Source of the DNA: Candidatus Borrarchaeum weybense
GTDB taxonomy: Archaea; Asgardarchaeota; Sifarchaeia; Borrarchaeales; Borrarchaeaceae
Length of the DNA: 64,000 nt
NCBI GenBank assembly: GCA_019057385.1
Contig: JAHQJS010000006.1
Location: 549,038-613,037, forward strand
Direction: 5' to 3'
The translations under genes and the position numbers were made by a program. Shown here one piece after another: positions 1-8,680 of this stretch (its first letter is position 1; each line of letters opens with the position of its first letter). The notes under the pieces are model-generated. The model was not told the origin of the DNA, made no database searches, and saw nothing but the letters and a program-made list of their open reading frames with translations.

Positions 1-192
1 AACGAAATCAAAGCACCAAAGGAACTTGCTATCGCTTTAACTACTATTGCAAAATTACTTGCCCATAGTAATGAAAAAAATCGTGCACAGTTATTGCTTT
101 ATCAAGCATTAGAAGTCTCAAATGAACTTCCAAACGAACTTGAAAAAATGGGTGCGCTAACTGCTATAACAGAAGTTGTGTTATCTCTGTGA
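1..192 (+). CDS. 3' end of a TPR-like helical repeat protein (partial, runs off the window start)
   Basis: Frame 1 is open from base 1: NEIKAPKELAIALTTIAKLLAHSNEKNRAQLLLYQALEVSNEL...VVLSL*. It has a TPR-like A/L pattern. The TGA (190-192) overlaps the first bases of the IS end at 189. Confidence 0.6.
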   Translation, partial: NEIKAPKELAIALTTIAKLLAHSNEKNRAQLLLYQALEVSNELPNELEKMGALTAITEVVLSL

Positions 193-501
193 GCTACCTC
201 GTGCTCAAGCATCGAGGCTTCCTGCTTCTACGACAGACTCGATCCCCTTGACGGGTTACGGAGGTCTTATCTCCACAGGCTTAACATCTCTACGCCCCGT
301 AGGTACTGCTAACGATGGGATACAATCGGAGTATGCACCTTGTCTACAAGTGTGCGTAGTAGCCCTCCAATTGTTGTTGATACCTTCCTCATTCCACCTA
401 TATAACTTGAGGGAGGCCTCTCAATGCAAGTGTTGAAAGTGAATACTACTCACGCAATTCATCATCACGCTGAAGCTGTAGTGCTTTCTTGCTTAGCTAC
501 T
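189..501 (-). mobile_element. Internally deleted IS200/IS605-family element (tnpB tail remnant with both hairpin ends)
   Basis: Right-end hairpin GTGAGCTACCTCGTGCTCAAGCATCGAGGCTTCC at 189. The minus strand encodes a TnpB-tail-like peptide VPTGRRDVKPVEIRPP*. Left-end-like CAATTCATC...GCTTTCTTGCTTAG at about 456-496. Confidence 0.75.
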
Positions 502-502
502 C

Positions 503-543
503 GTAAACGACCCCACCCTAAAGGGAAGGGGTTTCCAGAGGCG
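503..543. mobile_element. IS605-like end hairpin / mini-element
   Basis: GTAAACGACCCCACCCTAAAGGGAAGGGGTTTCC, the same architecture as the copies at 4823, 6875 and 34759. Confidence 0.6.
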
Positions 544-557
544 AGAGTCGTGAAGAA

Positions 558-1721
558 TCATAGCGTAGGACCAGCTCTCAAGATTGATAGTTCGTCAAGA
601 CCCAAAATCTCTGCTTTGGTTTTCTTTCCAGAAGCAACAGCAATTAGTTCTTCAAATAGTTCCTTACCAGTTTCTTCAATGGTTTTCTTTCCTTGAACTA
701 TTAGGGATCCGTCAATATCCATGATTTCTTCACTAATTTTTTGTGCATTCGGATTACCTGTCAATTTGAGAGTAGGTACTAACATAGATGCCGTCGGGAT
801 TCCACGGCCAGTAGTTACAACCATTGCCTGAGCCCCAGCAGCAAACATACCTGTTATTGACTCGGGATCACGACCTGGAGTGTCCATAACGAGCAAACCT
901 TTTTTTGATGGACGATATGAATAGTCTAAGACTTCCTGAAGTGGTGTGGAACCAGCTTTCTCAATTGCACCAAGTGATTTCTCCTCAATAGAACTTAGTC
1001 CTCCTGCAATGTTTCCAGATGTTGGTTGACTTCCTCGTATATCAACACCCATGTTCTTCGCGTTTTCCTCGAAACGATTTACGATCCGAATGAGATCATT
1101 AGCAACTTCTTCATTTACAGCTCTTCGCGCAAGAATATGTTCTGCGCCAATAATTTCTGTGGTTTCTGAAAGTATTACAGATCCACCTTCTGTGACGACC
1201 ATATCTGACATTACGCCTACAGCAGGGTTTGCTGCTATTCCAGATGTGGTATCACTTCCTCCGCATTGAAGTGCAATTATCAATCCACTAAGATCCATTG
1301 GTTCTCTTTGTAGTGTTGATGCTTTTCGAACCATTTCTTGAGCAATTGCAGAACCTTTTTCAATGCTCTTAAGCAGTCCACCCGAATCTTGAACGATCAT
1401 CCATTCTACTGGAAAATCACGCATAGATTTGATCTTTGCGGCGAGTTCGTTAGCGAGGACATTTTCGCATCCCCATCCAACAACTAGAATCGAAGCCAAA
1501 TTAGGGTGCGTTCCTAAACCGACTAAGGTTCGAACTGTTTGTTCATAGTCAGCCCCAATTTGAGCACATCCCTCTCTGTGAGTTATAGGAAGTGTGCCAT
1601 CCACCGCATCTGTAATCTTTTGTACAACACTATTCGCGCAGGTAACACTCGACATAACACCGACATAGTTCCGGATACCAACCCGACCATCCTCTCTTTT
1701 GTATCCCCAAAATTCCGCCAA
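558..1721 (-). CDS. UxaA/GarD/SuyB-family dehydratase or sulfo-lyase, large subunit
   Basis: Motifs GYxREDGRVGIRN, GC..G.D, GCE, QCGGSD..SG..ANPAVG, SETTE, GNIAGGLSSIEEKSLG, TTGRG. TTG start. Confidence 0.9.
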   Translation of the reverse strand: MAEFWGYKREDGRVGIRNYVGVMSSVTCANSVVQKITDAVDGTLPITHREGCAQIGADYEQTVRTLVGLGTHPNLASILVVGWGCENVLANELAAKIKSMRDFPVEWMIVQDSGGLLKSIEKGSAIAQEMVRKASTLQREPMDLSGLIIALQCGGSDTTSGIAANPAVGVMSDMVVTEGGSVILSETTEIIGAEHILARRAVNEEVANDLIRIVNRFEENAKNMGVDIRGSQPTSGNIAGGLSSIEEKSLGAIEKAGSTPLQEVLDYSYRPSKKGLLVMDTPGRDPESITGMFAAGAQAMVVTTGRGIPTASMLVPTLKLTGNPNAQKISEEIMDIDGSLIVQGKKTIEETGKELFEELIAVASGKKTKAEILGLDELSILRAGPTL

Positions 1722-1737
1722 AACTATGCCTCCTTAG

Positions 1738-2028
1738 TTATAGGTCACCTCTACCTCTTAAACTCTCAATGTTCTGAATATGTGCATGTTCTCCGATAGT
1801 AATAGGGGCTGTTGCTCGTCCAATTACTTCGCCATATTTGATTATTTCGTCACCTTCTGTGATCGACTTAACGGCGAATTTGTGACCAAATTTAATGTCG
1901 TTTATTACAGTCACTTTATCTTCTGAATCCCCCATTCTTACAATAACGATATCTCCTGCCTTAACGTCTGATATTAAAGTTGCTACGTTATCTTTTTCGT
2001 TAATAACAATTGCACGCTTTTCTGACAA
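1738..2028 (-). CDS. SAF-domain small subunit of the UxaA/SuyA family
   Basis: DNVAT, FGHKFA, IIKYGEVIG, GEHAH..N..S.RGRGDL; adjacent to the large subunit. Confidence 0.9.
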   Translation of the reverse strand: MSEKRAIVINEKDNVATLISDVKAGDIVIVRMGDSEDKVTVINDIKFGHKFAVKSITEGDEIIKYGEVIGRATAPITIGEHAHIQNIESLRGRGDL

Positions 2029-2188
2029 AAAAACTCCTCCTGTATAAGATTATTTTCTACATTATACCAATTTAACAGACTTTGAATGCATTTCAAACTA
2101 TTATTATTAAATAAATTATGCTTAAGTCTTCAAAATAACTTACATTTTTTTAAATTTAAATTGAGTTTTTCTGGTTTGAGGTGATCTT

Positions 2189-2600
2189 ATGGGTGAAAAA
2201 TCAAAGAATGGATATTTGGATTTCGAAATTGATCTTAAACTTAAGGAGTCTCCATTTCAGTTTGAAGTGGATTTCAAGGTGCCAGAAGTAGAAAAATTTG
2301 TTGTTGATGAACCACCAGACACTGGAGGCGAAGGTAAGGGATCAAATGCATCACGCCTTCTTGCATCGGCAACAGGATTCTGTTTAAGTGCAAACCTTGC
2401 TTTTTGAATGAGAAAATCGAGATTAGAAGTTGAAGATCTGAAAACAAAAGCACGTGATACCATCGTGCGAAATGAGGAAGGATATTGGAGAATATAAAGC
2501 ATTCAGGTGGAGGTTTCTCCCACTATTAATCCTGAAGAGGAGACTAGCAAGATCGAAAGATGCAAAGAAATATTCGAAAAATTTCTCAAAAATTTATCAT
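2189..2600 (+). pseudogene. OsmC/Ohr-family protein, interrupted
   Basis: DEP...GGEG.G.N..RLLASA.G.CLSA.L.F, then in-frame TGA (2405-2407) and in-frame TAA (2495-2497). The frame continues ...ERCKEIFEKF, but the expected final Cys motif is absent. Confidence 0.75.
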
Positions 2601-2619
2601 TTCTCCGCAAGAAGATCCC

Positions 2620-2979
2620 CTATTCCTTTAATTTCTCTTTTCTCGATTTAGGAAAACAAGTAAGTTCTGGTTTATTCCTTAAAGTTATACAGACTTCACA
2701 TATGTTTTGTGCGACTTCTGATATTTTTTGTTCATCACCTTTATATTTCATGAAAAACTCTTCAATTGAGTTAATTAACTCTTCATCTTTGCTGAAATCA
2801 GTTAATCCACGTTGTTCTTTGATGTATCTTGAAATAGCAGACTGAGTAAGCCCGAGTTTTTTTGCTGCTTCTTCTTGTGTCATACCCTGGTTTTCGACAA
2901 GTTCTTTCGCGAGAAAGGCACGAATCATTGGTAAAATATATTTCACAATCGTTTCACATGGAGGGCGCAAGTGTATCAC
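2620..2979 (-). CDS. Archaeal HTH transcriptional regulator (PPCE / TQ..AA..LG.TQSAISRY type)
   Basis: HTH motif MTQEEAAKKLGLTQSAISRY, N-terminal PPCE, C-terminal CEVC. Confidence 0.85.
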   Translation of the reverse strand: MIHLRPPCETIVKYILPMIRAFLAKELVENQGMTQEEAAKKLGLTQSAISRYIKEQRGLTDFSKDEELINSIEEFFMKYKGDEQKISEVAQNICEVCITLRNKPELTCFPKSRKEKLKE

Positions 2980-3085
2980 TCTTCCTTTTTATTAGGATAG
3001 CAATGATAGTATTCATTTATGCCTATGACATATAAATGGTTCTATTTGACTATACTTATTTTTCTTTCTCCAACAAATGTGTTGC

Positions 3086-3410
3086 GTGAACTACCTCACG
3101 CTAAAGCAGTGAGGCTTCCTGTTTCTGCGACCATTTGCCTTAACGTAGGCTATCTGATTCAGATACTCCAACGCTAACGTAGAGGTATTAGTCTCCGCAG
3201 GCGTGACTTCGGTAGGTCCCCTACCTAGGGTTTTATATGCTTCGTGTTCTAGTACACAACTGCTGTTATAATCACGGTCTATCACCAAACCGCAGTGATG
3301 ACACACATAGGTGCGTTCGGCTAAACTCAACAAAACTTATTAAGAAGTTTGAAACGTAATATTTTGACCCAATTCATCTCTAGGCTCAAGCTATGGGGCT
3401 TTCTTTTGTC
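3086..3410 (-). mobile_element. tnpB: Internally deleted IS200/IS605 element carrying a tnpB C-terminal fragment
   Basis: ORF 3091-3333 reads LSLAERTYVCHHCGLVIDRDYNSS (TnpB Zn ribbon / RuvC-III). Right-end hairpin at 3086-3119; left-end-like CAATTCATCTCTAGGCTCAAGCTATGGGGCTTTCTT at about 3371-3406. Confidence 0.85.
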
Positions 3411-3525
3411 TTAACATTTAGTAATAACAAAGCTTTTTACAGTTTGGTGAATACTTATATTGTAATTGTCAAATAAATTATAAATCATCACAATACAAGT
3501 ACAAATTCTTAGAAGGGGAAAACAA

Positions 3526-4785
3526 ATGGCAGATAACCCTAAAAAAGAAGAGAAGGATGAACTTGAGGAGAATGAGTCTAGTTTTGTTATGCTCTCCAAT
3601 TCGCTTGCTCAGATATTCAAAGATTTTCATGATAACCAAGTAACACTTACAAAAGAGCATGACGCTCTAACTAAAGATGTCTCGTCTCTTGATAAAAATT
3701 ATGCGAGCCTTTCAAAGGATATTACAAAATTGAATAAGGATGTTCTTGATAGTTTAAAAGAACTTAAAAAAAGTACTGAGACGGATGCAAAGAAATCAAT
3801 TGAAAGTCTTGAAGCACTAAATGAGCTAATCAGCAATGTTACTTCAACAATTGAAGCTAAACTTGAAGATACAAGCAATAGTAGTTTACAGGCGCTAGAA
3901 GTTAATAAGGAAGAACTTATTCAAAATATAGGGATATTAAAAGAGTTTATTTCCAGCAATGTTGAAACTATGATTACTGAAACAAAGAATACAAAAGAAA
4001 TTGTTCAAGAGCAGATTGATGCGTTGCCAACTTCCGTAGATGAAGTTCTACAACAAATGAAACAAGATTATTCAGCTAGATTTGAAAAGCTTGAAAAAGA
4101 CTTTGCCGAAGTAATGACACCTCTAAATGAAAGAGTTGATAATATAAAGAGTACACAGGAAACATTGACGGAACATGTTACAGATTTACATGCTGAATTA
4201 GCTAAGTCAGTTACTGAGAACAAAGAAACTTTTGTTGAAAAGTTTAATACCCAATCTGAAATTATAACAGAAATGAGTCAGAATTCTACCGAAAAACTAG
4301 GAGTAATTGGTTCAGAAGTTGAAAAACTGAAGATCGCGTACTTTGATAGTGTGATTGGACAATTCGATGGTCTCTCAAAACGCATAGGTGAACTGGAGAC
4401 AGCAATTAATGAACTAAATAAACGGGATACGACGCCTCCCACAGAGCTTATGAGTCGCTTGGAAGCAATTGAAAGAATAATTTTACCAAGAAGTGACTTT
4501 GAGAATAATATCGAGGCACTAACCAAGAACCTCTCTAAACAATTAAGTGCCATAAAAGTTGCAATGATCCGCGCATTTCCGGAAATAGAGGGTAAAAAAG
4601 AGGACGTAGTTGAGGAAGACGAAGAGGAAACAGAAGAAGAGGAAACAGAAGGAGAAGAGGAAACAGGAGAAGAGGAAACAGAAGGAGAAGAGGAAACAGA
4701 AGGAGAAGAGGAAACAGAAGGAGAAGAGGAAACAGAAGACACTCCTACAAAAACACGACGTGGCAGATCAAGAAGAACTAGTTAA
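3526..4785 (+). CDS. Long coiled-coil protein with an acidic repeat tail and a basic C-terminus
   Basis: About 340 aa of heptad-rich helix, then (EEETEG)n, then TKTRRGRSRRTS. Confidence 0.8.
   Translation: MADNPKKEEKDELEENESSFVMLSNSLAQIFKDFHDNQVTLTKEHDALTKDVSSLDKNYASLSKDITKLNKDVLDSLKELKKSTETDAKKSIESLEALNELISNVTSTIEAKLEDTSNSSLQALEVNKEELIQNIGILKEFISSNVETMITETKNTKEIVQEQIDALPTSVDEVLQQMKQDYSARFEKLEKDFAEVMTPLNERVDNIKSTQETLTEHVTDLHAELAKSVTENKETFVEKFNTQSEIITEMSQNSTEKLGVIGSEVEKLKIAYFDSVIGQFDGLSKRIGELETAINELNKRDTTPPTELMSRLEAIERIILPRSDFENNIEALTKNLSKQLSAIKVAMIRAFPEIEGKKEDVVEEDEEETEEEETEGEEETGEEETEGEEETEGEEETEGEEETEDTPTKTRRGRSRRTS
4621..4737 (+). repeat. Coding tandem repeat: 7 units of 15/18 bp (GAAGAGGAAACAGAA[GGA])
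   Basis: Read directly from the sequence; encodes EEETE(G). Confidence 0.95.
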
Positions 4786-4822
4786 TCTTGAAGTCAAAGA
4801 TTTTATTTAGGCAAGAATAGAA

Positions 4823-4873
4823 GTCAATTACCCCTCCCTGACGGAAGGGGTCTTCTCGCTGATATCAAATAAA
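4823..4873 (-). mobile_element. IS605-derived single-hairpin mini-element, family B
   Basis: GTCAATTACCCCTCCCTGACGGAAGGGGTCTTCTCGCTGATATCAAATAA, similar to the reverse complement of 34759-34807. Confidence 0.7.
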
Positions 4874-5089
4874 TTCTAAGAATTTACTCTTCATTATTTT
4901 TTATTGCTTAGCTGAAAAAGAGATTCCCTTAGGTGCAGAACGGTACTACAGTATTTAGAAACTTTGAGAATTATGATGATAGATCTTTAACATTTCAGGT
5001 GTATCGACATTTAAGTTTAAAAAGGCAACTTACTACACATCTCAATTAAGGAATCTTATCACATGTAACAAACTTCAATCATATTCGAG

Positions 5090-5737
5090 GTGAATGATGT
5101 GATTATAACTAGCAAAAAAAACATTGAAGACATTTTAGAAATGTTAAAACCCTATAATAAGATTTTCGTGGGTGGCTGTGGCACTTGTGCAACAAGCTGT
5201 ATGACTGGTGGCGAAGAACAGGTCAATGAAATGGTTGAACTTCTTGGCGATCGCGCTGTTGCTGGCTATGTGTTTGAGGAACCTTGCGATATTAGGCTGG
5301 TCAAACGCGACTTGAAAGAAGTAAAAGATAAGATCGAAGAAGCAGAAGTTATTTTGGAACTTAGCTGTGGCGCAGGCGCTCAGGTTGTATCAGAGGCTAC
5401 TGAAAAATTTGTCTTGCCTGGTTGTGATACTATTTTTCTTGGCGAAACCATAAGGATCGGACGCTTCCAAGAACTGTGTAAGATGTGCGGTGAATGTGTA
5501 CTTCATGAAACTGGTACTATCTGTCCTCTAACTCGTTGCGCGAAAGGACTAATTAATGGTCCTTGCGGAGGTTATGCAGAAGGAAAATGTGAAGTCGGAA
5601 ACTACGAAAACGACTGTGCATGGTGTCTGATCTATGAACAACTCAAGAAATTTGATAGGCTTGATTTGTTTGTGAAACCGACGTTACCACGTGACTGGAG
5701 CATTAAATCATCACCACAAAAGATTATGTTGCGATGA
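5090..5737 (+). CDS. metV: Methylenetetrahydrofolate reductase Fe-S/Zn subunit (MetV-like); start may be GTG 5099
   Basis: GCGTCAT.C.TGG, CGAG.Q, C..CGEC...TG.ICP.TRCAKGL.NGPCGG...C.V.....CAW. Confidence 0.88.
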   Translation: MNDVIITSKKNIEDILEMLKPYNKIFVGGCGTCATSCMTGGEEQVNEMVELLGDRAVAGYVFEEPCDIRLVKRDLKEVKDKIEEAEVILELSCGAGAQVVSEATEKFVLPGCDTIFLGETIRIGRFQELCKMCGECVLHETGTICPLTRCAKGLINGPCGGYAEGKCEVGNYENDCAWCLIYEQLKKFDRLDLFVKPTLPRDWSIKSSPQKIMLR

Positions 5738-5747
5738 GGTGAAGAAA

Positions 5748-6686
5748 ATGAGAGAAGCATATAGCGAGTTAATGAAAAAAATAAATGCTGGGGAGTTCGT
5801 GTTCACGGGTGAACTTGAACCTGAAAAGACTACTGATCTACATGAGGTCATAGAGCAAGCAAGAGCACTTAAAGGTTATGTGACCGCCTGCAATGTAACT
5901 GATAATCCAAAATCATGTGCATACACATCTCCCTTAGCAGCTTCCTACATGGTTCAGAGGGACTCAGGAATGGAGGCAGTATATCAATGTACAGTCAGAG
6001 ACCGAAATAGACTTGCTTTAGTGTCTGATTTGCTTGCTGCAGGCTCTTTAGGTCTAAAAAACGTTCTCGCCTTGAGCGGCGACCATACTACTCTTGGTGA
6101 CAATCCTGGGGCGTTACCAGTCTATGATGTTGATTCACTTGGATTAGTGTATATGGCAAGAAAAATGGTCGTAGATGGGACTGACTTAGTAGGTCTTGAA
6201 ATAGAAAAACCACCAAAATTTAATATCGCCATGGCTGGAAATCCTAATGCTGATCCTCTAGAGCCAGAAGTGCTTAAGTGTGAAAGAAAAACACTTGGTC
6301 TTGGAGAATATGGGGCAGATTTCATACAGACCCAGGTCGTCTTTGAAATCGAAAAGGCAAAAACATGGCTTAAAGAGATTGAATATCTCAATACGCCGTG
6401 CATCATCGGGATTTTCCCCATAAAATCTTACGGCATGGCAAAATTCTTCAATACCGCAATCCCTGGTGTTTCAGTACCTGATTTCCTAATGGAAATGTTT
6501 AAAGAGGCTAAGAAAACCGAAGACAAACAGAAGAAAAAAGAAAAGTATCTAGAGATCAATATCGAATATTTCACAGATTTTTGCAGAGAGATCTACAAAA
6601 CAACCAAAGCCGCGGGTATCCACATCATGGCAGTCAACTACGTCCAGTGCACACCGCCGCTTGTTGAAGCAGTATTAAAAGCTTAA
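5748..6686 (+). CDS. metF: Methylenetetrahydrofolate reductase
   Basis: NVTDNP, RDRNR.AL..DL, NVLALSGDH, GADFIQTQ, GIHIM. ATG 5748 follows a GAGGTGA RBS. Confidence 0.9.
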   Translation: MREAYSELMKKINAGEFVFTGELEPEKTTDLHEVIEQARALKGYVTACNVTDNPKSCAYTSPLAASYMVQRDSGMEAVYQCTVRDRNRLALVSDLLAAGSLGLKNVLALSGDHTTLGDNPGALPVYDVDSLGLVYMARKMVVDGTDLVGLEIEKPPKFNIAMAGNPNADPLEPEVLKCERKTLGLGEYGADFIQTQVVFEIEKAKTWLKEIEYLNTPCIIGIFPIKSYGMAKFFNTAIPGVSVPDFLMEMFKEAKKTEDKQKKKEKYLEINIEYFTDFCREIYKTTKAAGIHIMAVNYVQCTPPLVEAVLKA

Positions 6687-6874
6687 GGGATTCCCTTTCC
6701 TTTTTTTGTTTTTGAAATTTTGATTTTAGGCTTTGTTTTTGATTAAAAAAGTCAATAATGTTAAGTTACAACTTATACAAGACGATTAATATTCACAAGA
6801 TAATATGTGTTCTTATGTCGCGATATATTTTTTCTAGTGTTCATATACAATTGATTAAAAATTCTTAACTAATC

Positions 6875-6912
6875 GGTGGGAAGCCCCCATCCTCCAGGGT
6901 GGGGTAGTTCAC
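6875..6912 (+). mobile_element. IS605-like right-end hairpin
   Basis: GGGAAGCCCCCATCCTCCAGGGTGGGGTAGTTCAC; ends in GTAGTTCAC like the other copies. Confidence 0.7.
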
Positions 6913-6969
6913 TGAAGCATTTAAATATCCTTGCGATTACTATGAGAAAACCTATTATAATAGTCTATT

Positions 6970-8646
6970 TTGGTGAATGGTATGTCAAACCGTGAAAAAA
7001 GTGAACCTCGACTTGAAGGTATAGAGTCAATACATCATCGTGCGCTTTATAGGGCAACAGGGCTCACTGATGAAGATTTTAAGAAGCCGTTTATTGCCGT
7101 TGCAAACTCATGGAATGAGATTGTACCAGGTCATATTCATTTGAATAAACTTGCAGCTAAAGTTAAAGACGGAATTCGTGATGCTGGTGGAGTTCCTTTT
7201 GAATTTAATACGATTGCTATTTGCGATGGAATTGCCATGGGCCACATTGGTATGTCATCTTCGTTGCCTAGTCGTGATCTTATAGCAGACTCTGTTGAGC
7301 TGATGGTTTCTGCACATGGATTTGACGGTCTAGTGTGCCTAGCTAGCTGTGATAAAATTGTTCCCGGTATGTTGATGGCAATTGCCCGTCTTAATGTACC
7401 TTCTATCGTGGTCACAGGAGGCCCTATGCTTCCAGGCAGATTTAAGGGTAAGCCTGTAGCAATAACTGACGCCTTCTTAGCAACTGGCTGGGTTAAATCT
7501 GGGAAAATGACTTTGGAAGAGGCTGATGCCTTAGAAAAAGCAGCGTGCCCGGGTCCTGGCTCCTGTGCAGGTATGTATACTGCGAATACCATGTCATTAA
7601 TTACAGAAGCTCTTGGTCTCAGCTTACCAGGAAGTGCCACTGAGCATGCAATAGATGTAAGAAAAGAGCGAACTGCTCTTCAAAGTGGTCGCCAGATCAT
7701 GAAACTAATAGCAGATAATATTACAGCACATGAGATTATGACAAAAGACGCGTTTGAAAATGCAATTCGTTTAGCTTTAGCTGTTGGTGGATCTTCCAAT
7801 ATTATACTTCATCTTCCTGCAATAGCTAAGGAAGTTGGATATGAGTTAAAATTAGAGGTTTTTGACGAACTGAGCAAAGACACACCTCATATTATCGATA
7901 CTGTTCCTGGTGGACCTTATACACTAAAAGACGTAGATGAGGCAGGAGGAGTTCCTGCGATATTAAAAGTACTTGGAAATAAAATTCATCTTAATTCACT
8001 CACAGTGACTGGCAAAACTATTGGAGAGAACATAGAAGATGCCAAAGTGTTGAGATCTGACGTAATAAGACCCCTAGAAGATCCTGTGCATAAGGAAGGA
8101 GGCTATGCTATTTTGAAAGGGAACTTGGGGGTAGCAGTTGTTAAACAAAGCGCTGTCAAATCTGATATGATGGCTCATAAAGGACCTGCAAAAGTTTTTA
8201 ACTTAGAAGAAGATGCGCTCGCTGCAATTCTTGATGGACGCATTCCCAATGGCTCAGTTGTCGTAATTCGTTACGAGGGACCAAAGGGAGGTCCTGGTAT
8301 GCGTGAAATGTTAGCCCCTACCTCCGCGATAGTAAGCATGGGTTTAGATAAAGTTGCACTCATCACTGATGGACGATTCTCTGGAGGAACGAAGGGCCCT
8401 GCGCTAGGACATCTATCGCCAGAAGCTGCAGAGGGCGGAACTATTGCGGTAGTCGAAGATGACGACCTTATCGCTATAGACATTCCTAATCGAAAATTAG
8501 AACTTCTTATCTCCGATAATGATCTTCAGGAACGCCTCGGCAGATGGAAACCTCCCAAGAAAAAGATTAGAAAGGGTTATCTGGCTCGATACGCGCTACT
8601 CGCCAACTCTGCGGATAAAGGTGCCTATCTGCAGGACAAAATTTAA
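6970..8646 (+). CDS. ilvD: Dihydroxy-acid dehydratase (likely start ATG 6982)
   Basis: PGHIHL, CDGIAMGH, CDKIVPG, CAGMYTANTM, GPKGGPGMREM, TDGRFSGG. Confidence 0.97.
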   Translation: MVNGMSNREKSEPRLEGIESIHHRALYRATGLTDEDFKKPFIAVANSWNEIVPGHIHLNKLAAKVKDGIRDAGGVPFEFNTIAICDGIAMGHIGMSSSLPSRDLIADSVELMVSAHGFDGLVCLASCDKIVPGMLMAIARLNVPSIVVTGGPMLPGRFKGKPVAITDAFLATGWVKSGKMTLEEADALEKAACPGPGSCAGMYTANTMSLITEALGLSLPGSATEHAIDVRKERTALQSGRQIMKLIADNITAHEIMTKDAFENAIRLALAVGGSSNIILHLPAIAKEVGYELKLEVFDELSKDTPHIIDTVPGGPYTLKDVDEAGGVPAILKVLGNKIHLNSLTVTGKTIGENIEDAKVLRSDVIRPLEDPVHKEGGYAILKGNLGVAVVKQSAVKSDMMAHKGPAKVFNLEEDALAAILDGRIPNGSVVVIRYEGPKGGPGMREMLAPTSAIVSMGLDKVALITDGRFSGGTKGPALGHLSPEAAEGGTIAVVEDDDLIAIDIPNRKLELLISDNDLQERLGRWKPPKKKIRKGYLARYALLANSADKGAYLQDKI

Positions 8647-8680
8647 AGCAGTTAGAAAACTCGATGGGCTTCTATAAGCC

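Noticed and set aside
176-696. ORFs 176-436 and 424-696 (also 34357-34548, 34763-34969, 42835-43062)
   Set aside because: These are read-throughs of IS-end sequences. The shared CELPHAKAVVLSCL peptide is simply the translated repeat.
2189-2600. Functional selenoprotein
   Set aside because: The second in-frame stop is TAA and the C-terminal motif is missing, so it is annotated as a pseudogene. The Sec question is kept only as a finding.
4621-4737. Tandem repeat as a CRISPR or regulatory array
   Set aside because: It has no spacers and is an in-frame coding repeat.
4278-4742. Ser-rich antisense ORF and the many other shadow ORFs opposite long genes
   Set aside because: They lie antisense to well-supported genes and carry no independent motifs.
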